Positions 51,556 through 60,000 of a DNA stretch of 60,000 nucleotides are shown piece by piece. The notes below the pieces were generated by a model. That model had not been told where the DNA came from. It did not search any database and was given only the letters and a program-made list of their open reading frames with translations. This stretch comes from Botryllus schlosseri (taxonomy: Eukaryota): assembly GCA_051294905.1 (NCBI GenBank), contig CM119371.1, positions 3,288,001-3,348,000 on the forward strand. Reading direction: 5' to 3'. The first letter of the stretch is position 1. Each line of letters starts with the position of its first letter. The translations under genes and the position numbers were made by a program.

Positions 51556-53913
51556 TGGAGAAGGCGTGAGCATGTTTGTAAACGAGATCGTCAAACACTC
51601 GCCTTTCTTTGCTATTTTGGGCCTCTACCCAGAATCCTGTATTTTCTTGTCCACCTTTTGCTATCGGTGCTTTCGTATGACGTTCCACTGCTCGGACTCA
51701 CTTTTGAGTTTCTGTGCTGGCGACTTTGCTGCAAAATCTTGCCCCGGTCTCTCGAACGGATGGTTGGATAATGGCAGTTTATTACGAGCAACTGTCGTGC
51801 AGTCGCTACCTACAATCGGGAGTCTTGTTGGATTTGATGAATCAGCAGATTGAGTCGTTTTCTTGTGTAGCATTCCAGAGTTTTGTAACGTTTTCTGTCT
51901 TTTCTCTTGAGCGATCGAATCTTCCGACGACTTTCTCTTGCAACGTTTTCGGGCTGGGTTCGATTCAGGATCTACATCATTTGACGAACCGATCTCCTCT
52001 TTAGCTTCTGCTTCGGGCGAAAATCTGCTTCACGCTGTTCGTTCATTTCGAGCGCTTTCCTGAAATGTAGGAATCGGTTGACCTGAGCGAGATAAATCGT
52101 CATTGTATCGCGTTAACTTGATATATTTCCAAAATTAGTAGGCTACGTATTAGTAGGGCTTGGCACAATGATTTGAGTTCTTGAGTCTGCATCGAGAATT
52201 GATTCCAAAGATTGGAATCGGAAAATGAAACCCGATTATTTCGAACACTGAAATGATAAGCTCGTTGCTATTAAGAGTTAATTTATCGTTGAAAATTGTA
52301 GTTTTGATGTTATTTCCATTGTGGAAGGCTGTATATATTGATCGATTGTGTCTCAGCATGCAAAACGTGCGACACAAGGCTACGAATGTTAGTGGAAATG
52401 AATTCAAAGAATAGGCTGCTCTAAAAACCAGAGTTGCTCAGTAACGTAGTACTTCTACTTGTCGTAGTACTTAGATTAATTAGATTTTTCCTACTTGTAC
52501 TACTTACTGAAGTGGTTATGATTTTAGACTACTTCTAATTGACAGTTTTCAGTTTGTTAGGCAAAGCTGGGCCTAGAACACTTACTCTTTCCTTTACTTG
52601 TAAGTCGCAATTTCTACCGTACTTCTATATATGAGTACCGACCGCGACTAGTTTGACCTGTGCCTGGAACACAATTTTTCTCAGCAAATATATTTTGTCG
52701 GCAATATACTGATGTTTTGCACCCGACTGTTATAAAATGCAGCCAGATTTCAACTATTCGGCTATGAAAACAGCCAAATGACATTGGCTATACTTAGCAG
52801 TAGCCCCGACGATTTCATCTTAAAGCTGCCTTTCATGGAACATAATTTACCATTAATAACATTGAACGACCGGAACAATTCCCCAAAATAGTAAAGACTG
52901 CTACTAATGAATAGGGCTGGGCATAATGATCATATTACTTGAATCCGAATCATGTATGAATTTTAATGATTCGAGTTGAGTAGTGAAATTATGCGAGCCT
53001 TGCCAATAGGGCTGTACAAAATCGATACCCTAGTCTTCTATTCGAGTATACGAGTATCACTTATTACGACAAAATAATAGTAAGTAAGATGTCAAAGTTC
53101 ATTTATACACCTTTTACGCTACTACAAATATTATAATGTCTGTACTTTGGTCTTTTTCGACAACACCGATCTCATTGCACTTTGTGACAATACTGTGGGT
53201 TGATTATGACTTCAGCAATATGTTAATCCCAATAACATTCGGAGCTTTGTACTACATGTTCCGTATGGCACGACACGGCCAACCAATGCTTCCAAATACT
53301 ATCGTAACTATAACTCCCGTTACTAAATTAACTTTCATTGACGGGCAATATATTCTTTTAGTTGCATGGAATGTTCATATTTGTACTTATCGCATTTTCC
53401 ATATAGTTTTTATCGACAAAAGACAGCGCATGTAATATGCAATCTAGTTGGTTGTACATCTTTCATTGCTGTAGTTCTATTTCTAGTTACGCATCTCGAA
53501 AAACCCAGCCGTTTGTGCAAGTTTGTTGGTATGTATTATTTTAGGAAGTCGGTGGAGTGTTATGCACATTGGCTGAATGATGCTGATCAAATTTTGTGAA
53601 GGGAAAATGATAACAGAAAATGAAATGGGAAACGAGAAAAGTTTATGTCATAGTCACAAAATGTCTACTTTACTTATGAATGTTTTACTTTTTTCCAGTG
53701 GAAGTCAACTAAGGGCTTCTTGATTGACCTGAAGACGCCAGGATTGTTATTAAAACGCTTCAGAGCTATCGAAGCATGCTCATGCCTGGTGAAGTTAATG
53801 AATGCGTATCAGAGTGGTTGTCCGACTCCATCTTTGCTGAAATTGTTCACAACTCACTCGGGATTCTGTGATAACTACGCCGCACGATCTTTGAATTGGG
53901 ACAAGAGAAGCTC
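51556..53913 (-). pseudogene. RBM28: RBM28/Nop4-like pseudogene: RRM4 exon (53913-53689) and C-terminal exon (52059-51556)
   Basis: AG/GT-bounded exons. [40 protein letters not shown], then KALEMNEQR and ..GRGPK, versus RBM28 as recalled: [44 protein letters not shown]...RGPK. Multiple stop codons. Confidence 0.82.
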
Positions 53914-54174
53914 CTGAAAATAGATTGGCATCAGTTTATCGAAGTATTCGTTGAGTAAACGTGTTTGTCACTAGCAAAGAAAATCTACACGGTAGATTCT
54001 AATACATTACTAATAAATACTTGTGCACAAAATGATCTGTACATTATTGTGCATTACTGCTGGAAGAACAAATCCGTTAAAACATGACCATCACACAAAA
54101 TATATCACTCTAAATAAGTATGACTTCTACTGTATGAGCTGTGTGTGTGTTTTAACTCGGAGACTTGCTCAGAG

Positions 54175-54534
54175 CAGACTTACACAACTAGATAATTAGA
54201 GTTGTCAAAATGGACTAATCTAAATAAAATAAAATTGGTGAAATGGGTCTTTATATCAATTATTATTCTTGTTTAATTTGAGAAATGTTTTCAAACTCAA
54301 ACTTAAGACAATCTAATTCCTGCTTTTCCCGAAAATGCTACAGGCGAACTTCATCGTGCGAAACGAGTCAAGATCGATTTTAATAATAATAATTTCAATT
54401 CTAATCTAATATAGACAAAACTATTCAGTTTTAATTCTAATTCTAGTCTAATTTGTAACAAAAACTCTCATATCTATCATTGTAATTCCAATCTAATTCG
54501 GAAAAGCTCAAAATGATGCAGTCGTCCAAGTCTG
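54175..54534. mobile_element. hAT-type MITE with CTAATT/TCTAAT repeats
   Basis: TIR CAGACTTACACAACT/AGTCGTCCAAGTCTG; TSD GCTCAGAG; related ends at about 32310-32473 and 57931-58000. Confidence 0.8.
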
Positions 54535-55797
54535 GCTCAGAGAACCTGTGGGGTTATCGTGCTACATCAGGTTAGGAACCACTGCTCGAAGGTCAGTTAT
54601 CTGCTTTCATTCCAACACAGAAACCGATATGTGGTGAATGTCGTCAGCATTGTAATTTTTTAGCACTTTCGACATGTCAATGGAAGGGGGAGGCCACTTA
54701 CGATGTTGCGTCAACGACTTGATCGATGTATTATCGGCATTGCTACATGTACTTAACCTTAATAAATTGACGGTACTTTGGTCAATTTAAATCGGCTCAT
54801 TTGTCAATTCTCACGTATTATGATGTCAGACATTTGTGACGTCATCGATCCCGCAAATAATAGTTAAGTGCCTATGGTAGAGACAGAGTTGTCGAGTCGG
54901 ACTCGAGTCATTATACTAAAAATGGAAAATGACTCCACCCGAGTCACTTCGTGTATTGAATCGACATCTGCTCAAGTCATTGAGCATGGCTCGGCCATCT
55001 CATGTGACTCAAGACATTCTTCTCGACTTGATTCAAGTCTCGCGTATTAGTACTTGAAAAATAGCCCCTGAACTGTGTTTTAGCCTATCCAGTTCAATAA
55101 GCATTTAACGAGTGTCAAACATGGGTATATTATGGTTGTTACTGGTAGTGGAGAGAAAATACTAAATATTTAGATCTGGAATCATTGATTTAATAAAAAA
55201 TCAAATTTATACTATACTCACTTTTAACCTACCCAGTATGTCTGTCGGACATTGATGATGTGAGTCAGATTTCAACTGACCGGTTGAGATTTGCATGCAA
55301 TTGGCTTTTATGATGAGCTTATGATGCATTGGAGGAGTAGACCTTTACATGACACGTTATGTGCGATCATCTTCGGCTTGCAATCCACTGGAAAAAAGTC
55401 AAGAGTGCTGGTGTGAGGTAGAATCAATGAACCTATGAATCTAGAACAGGCTTTTTGACCCAGGTATTCCTACCAGCAGATGCGGTATATAGAGAGTCCG
55501 TCAGATCAGAGTGCACGGATGTGAATCAAGTAGTAATTCTAATGAGAGTCGACTAATAAAATTATGTACGGTAGTCGTTCAATCATGACTTCACTAATAT
55601 GTCATTTCCACCAACATAGGTTTGAAGGACTATTTCGGTATGCTCTTAACAAGCCATCGAGAATCAAGGTTTCTGCAGTGTAAAAAATATTATGAAAACC
55701 ATAAGTTCTGTTGATAAATTAACTCCTACTGGTAACTAGTCCCGGACTAGTACGAGGTAATTTATCAAAAAATATTATTATTTTTACAATATTGTAC

Positions 55798-56342
55798 CAG
55801 GGTTGTGATGACGCGAGTCACACTTTTATTATGACTCGACTTGAACGAATCTTCTATCAAATTACGGAAATTACTCGACACGAGTCAATCTGTGTGTTGA
55901 CTCGACTTGGACTCGAGCCATTGCTCATGACTTGAAACTCAGATGGTCAAGACCGACATTTCATTGTAATTGCGAAGAATAGTAAAGAAACTACACTATT
56001 GGGACTTCGTATATTGGTACTGGACTGGTACTTGAAAATGCGACCAGAAAAAGCTAAAAGCAAGGAAAGTATATTATAAAGGCGAACTATTCAATACTAC
56101 CTAAGAGAGTTTAAAAAATGTTGATTGAATCAGATTTCAACTGGAAACTGAGCAGTCAACACAATGTCTTGGACTCGGACTCGGGTCATAATACCACGAC
56201 TCGGACTCGACCCCCCGCTCGATGACTTGGACACGGACATGACTTGGGGGTAAATAGAAAATGACTCGACTTGATACGACTCAAAACTATAAAAGTAAGA
56301 TTGTTTTGTGACTCGGAGCCTTGTGACTTGTTTACAACCCTG
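55798..56342 (+). mobile_element. hAT-type MITE, CAGGGTTGT family
   Basis: Termini CAGGGTTGTGA/TTACAACCCTG; homologous to 46195-46670; no clear TSD. Confidence 0.75.
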
Positions 56343-56388
56343 CCTCACAAGGTCTTTAATTATTGAATAGTACACAGACTTGTACAAG

Positions 56389-56696
56389 TCGAGACGACCG
56401 ATTTCGAATCGTAGGTCGAGGTCGTTCACAATTCCATTTGTGTGCCTTGGAATCAACTTTTATCAAAATACACCAACCAAAACTCTGTCAACAAAAGGAG
56501 TTCGTGTATCACCTAAAAATAGTACATTGAACGTTCTCTCATTCGAAATTTCATGCTGGTGACGTCATATTTTGTGATACGACTGTTGATATACAATGTT
56601 CTTTCCAATTCTCTACTAGTTGCTGACGATTACCCCTGACGAGTGTCAGCCGAAAATATTCGGGTTCATTTCAATATGAATATACTATTTAATTGT
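56389..56696 (+). mobile_element. 5'-truncated Penelope-like retroelement (GIY-YIG C-terminus + 3' pLTR)
   Basis: 13-bp direct repeat AGACTTGTACAAG at 56376-56388 and 56697-56709. Frame 56399-56530 reads RFRIVGRGRSQFHLCALESTFIKIHQPKLCQQKEFVYHLKIVH*, a typical PLE endonuclease end. Confidence 0.85.
56620..56667 (+). ncRNA. Minimal type I hammerhead ribozyme (Penelope-associated)
   Basis: ACCC-CUGACGA-GUGUCAGCC-GAAA-AUAU-UC-GGGU: core boxes, palindromic stem III AAUAUU, UUC cleavage triplet, stem I ACCC/GGGU; upstream GCUGAC complementary to GUCAGC. Confidence 0.72.
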
Positions 56697-56849
56697 AGAC
56701 TTGTACAAGCTTATAATCTAGTCAGTTGCCGGAAACTAACAACCGGTTTCTGAGTAGTTTCAATTTCCAGTTGCGGATTTTGAAAAGTGAGTCGTTTCAG
56801 TTCAAATAGCACATTCAAAATAAAAACAAAAATAAAAACTGGAAAATAC

Positions 56850-58538
56850 GTGCCATCGTTTGGCCCGAATCTTTCTTTTTTAAACACAAGATCGAGTTGT
56901 AGAGACAAATACGATTGGATTCTTCAGTTTGACCTGTTTTGCATTCTCGTTTTTTTCCAATTTCTTCAATTCTATTGTGCCGAGCTTCAGTGGCTTGCGT
57001 TCCTACACAGAAAACGACATATGGTCAATTACGTCAGCATTGAAATTTTGTAGAACTTTTGATAGGGCAATCAGAGCTGGGGTGGCCACTTACGAAGTTG
57101 CGTCATGTCTTAAGAAATATAATTCATGACACTAACACACAAAATGTATGAAGAATTTTCGAAAATATTTTCAATTCATATTATACAGGGGTATGTAATT
57201 TACTGAAATAAGTGATGCAACTTATCCCCAAACAGCTTTACACTTTTGAAAATCAAATTGTACAAGTAACTAGCTGGAAGTGGAATTCCTGTACAACAGC
57301 GATTCTTAACCGTGTCGCCTACGCCCTCTGGATGCGGTTTGTACTTTGAAGGCGGGGGGGCGACTCCGGGGTGATATAGTGGGCGCTGGAACATTGTGGG
57401 GCATTGAAAAAACGGTATAACAGTACAGATGATGTAAACAATTGAATAGTATATCCATATTAAAATGAACTACAAGTTGCTGACAAATACCTCTGACGAG
57501 GGCCAGCTGAAAATATTGGGGTTCATTTCAATATGAATACACCATCCAATTCTATATTGAGGCTCTGTACCTCAAAGTAACTCAACAGCTGGTGTAGTAG
57601 TTTTCATAGGGATACAAAGTTCGATAGTTCTATATCCTTGAGATTGGGTCATTCATTCCAATAATATACATCAATTTTCCAAAATTTACGCCATGCCTTT
57701 CGTAAAAATTAATGTTTCCACGAATGTAGTGTTTCCTATATTTGCTCTAACATGTGTTTTGGACTCTTCATTCTTGTATAAGCCAGTGCCCAACAGTTGC
57801 CGTAAGAACCTTGATTTGATCCTGAATATAGTACATACAATTATTAAATTGTCAATTAGTTGAGTGTACATTGGCTGTAATTCAGTCATGAAATATTTCC
57901 AACAGTCAAGTCCGAACTTGATTAAATCCACCGGACTTGGACCTCTACCCCCCATTTTCAACTTTTCTGAATTAGATTAGAATTAGAATTACTGATTTTG
58001 CAAAAATTGTCTATAGGCCTACACCAAGCTTGGCTCGTTTTTTTTACTATACCAGAAGCCACCGCAATTGCCGTCGATCTGATTTGAGATTTTGGAAGTA
58101 CGCGGAATAAATCATTTTGAAATGCTTAAATTGATTTCAGTTTTCAAATTATTATTGTTGTTGTTTCAAAATAAGCTATTCGCATGTGACCAACAATTCC
58201 ACACGAACTGAAACAGCTTCTGCGATGGCAACAGCATTCCATAGAGGGAGAGTCTGCTTATATTAATAAGCATATTGTCTTGACATGCAATGGCCAAGAC
58301 ACTGCCAAGACAAAGTGGCCCAGGACGTCCCCACAGGATCAATGTTTAGGATGAGACAGTCTTTCAGATTAGATTAAAATTAGATTACTGGCATCTGGCA
58401 GTTCACTCACTACTGCCTTGAAGTGACATTGATAGAGAAAACCCACTTCAAGTGTTTGGAAAGCAAAGTTTCTCTTTAAAAACCAGTTATCGCCTCTCTT
58501 TATGATTTTTTTGGACAGGCTTCTCTCATACCACTTTG
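56850..58538 (-). pseudogene. RBM28: RBM28-like decayed exons (RRM3 region to pre-RRM4): about 58538-58390, 57821-57690, 57002-56850
   Basis: GTQATE...KQVKLKNPIVFVSTTRSCV* versus RBM28 GTKAAE...KLKDQNIFVSRTRLCLHN; KRNFAFQTLE versus IRNLSFDSE; AG/GT boundaries. Confidence 0.65.
57470..57551 (+). ncRNA. Second, degenerate Penelope pLTR/hammerhead copy
   Basis: ~82-bp direct repeat of 56613-56694; CUGACGA-GGGCCAGCU-GAAA-AUAU-UG (G at the cleavage position). Confidence 0.55.
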
Positions 58539-58703
58539 CTGACACAAAATCAAAATGACAAAACCTTTTACCAGTGCTTCATCTTATATGTTACACCACA
58601 TTTGCAGGATGTTGTGGAAGTAAGATATTTTTGAATCGGGTAAAGTTCAGAGAAGGCGTGACGTAAAATTTCCGTTTAAACTGGATGACACATATCTTAT
58701 TAC

Positions 58704-60000
58704 CTTGTAAGGTCTTCTAAGATAACTGAAATTCAACAAACCTGTCAGGTATCATTCTGGTGGCCTGATTCGGGCACACAAGCCGGTATTTGCTATTCCG
58801 TCTTTTTTCTTGAGTGACCGAATCTTCCGACGAATATTATTTTGAAACGATGTCGGTTGGGATTCTATTGAGTATCGGAATCATTTGAGAAGTCATTTCG
58901 TTTTTTAGCTTCCGTTCTGTGAGAAATTCCGCTGTACGCTTTTCTTTGATTTCAGGAGCTATCCTAGAAGGTAGGAATCGGTTAATATGACCGAGAAATA
59001 CAGCCCTCGTATCCGATATCTTAATATATTTTCAGAAATAGCACCAAGGCTATTAGAGATGTCAATAGTTTGGAGCAGTGGTTCTCACAGGTTTTAGAGC
59101 GCGACCAGATTTTGTGTTACTTTACATTTCGCAACCCAAGACTCGCACACAGTAAAAATGCATTTCTGACACAAGTAAGCCCATGCAACTATTTTACGAG
59201 CATGTATGAATCAGACAAGGTACAGACAAAATGACGGTCGATATCAAAGTAGGCTACCTATACTTTTCCCGAGTACTCAAGTAGATTTCATTAGATCTGC
59301 TAACCATATTTAGGCAGAACCACTTACTTTTTCGACTTTGGATTTTGCAAACTAGAAGTTGGTTTTGAGATAGGTTCCGAGCACTTTCACGTATAACTTT
59401 CCATAACGGTGAAGTAGCGTCTGTATCACGGTCATCAAATTAATTTCCAAAAATAACACCAAGTATTGAAAATATTTCTTGGCTCATTTTCAATTCATCA
59501 TCAGTGCTGCTAATTAGCCACAATCGACAATACACGGCATGCGATTCAATTAGTTAGTTGCAGATCTTCAAATGTTGTGACTCTACTTCTAGTTGCACAT
59601 CTCAAAAATCCAGTGATTTGAACAAGTTTGCTGATTTACATTATTTTAAGAAGTGTGAAAGCCTATACCAGCGATTCTCATTGGCTGAAAGATGATTAAG
59701 TGACGGCAGAAAATAAAGCAGATGGTCAAATTTAATGTCGGATATAATATCGCAAATATCAGCATCAATAGGAATTTTACCTGTTTTCCAATGAAAATTC
59801 AACTCTTGGCCTGTGACTGGTCCAAAAAGGTCATGATTGATATCGATTGAACTTCTCAAAGCTTTCAAAGCGTGTTCGTTTGTTTGTGTGTGAAGTCGAT
59901 GAATGCGAATCAGAGCTATCTTCTAACTTCTAACATGTACGCTGGAATTCTTCAGATCTCGTATCGCTCGAGATTCCGTGATAACTACACCTCGCCGATC
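58704..60000 (-). pseudogene. RBM28: Second RBM28-like copy: RRM4 exon (60000-59781, continues off window) and truncated next exon (58963 to about 58704)
   Basis: [29 protein letters not shown]...DLFGPV..VEFSLENR|GT with frameshifts; 58790-59010 is paralogous to 51890-52110. Confidence 0.8.

Noticed and set aside
53136..53599. 99-aa and 77-aa + strand ORFs in an RBM28 pseudo-intron
   Set aside because: No motif recognised and no splice or homology support.
1..60000. tRNA, rRNA, snRNA genes or telomeric repeats as a Tx1 target site
   Set aside because: None recognised by eye near either end of the retroelement or elsewhere; a covariance-model search would be needed to exclude them.

Overview
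AT-rich, transposon-saturated eukaryotic (probably invertebrate animal) genomic DNA with no intact host gene. (1) 1-12893 is a near-perfect giant palindrome (arms of about 6.4 kb, 26-nt spacer at 6434-6459) that probably continues left of the window. (2) About 12840-14350 is a degenerate TGACGTAA-rich repeat ending in a CCAAT/E-box/TATA promoter-like stretch. (3) About 14400-20250 is a nearly intact minus-strand L1/Tx1-type non-LTR retrotransposon (CCHC ORF1; APE-RT-CCHC ORF2 with two 1-nt frameshifts) whose putative 3' UTR carries a modular array of ~32-nt units. (4) 20.9-50.7 kb is a deep nest of DNA transposons, many with readable TIRs and TSDs: a ZMYM1-like hAT (25535-37131) whose transposase is split by a 7.1-kb CACTA/EnSpm-like element carrying a DUF4806-like exon, an inverted non-autonomous sibling (38572-41181), a foldback element with ~650-bp arms, Charlie/Buster relics and many MITEs. 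(5) 51.5-60 kb holds decayed, intron-containing tandem partial copies of RBM28 plus a Penelope 3' fragment with a minimal hammerhead ribozyme. All family assignments come from motif recognition by eye; no database searches were run.
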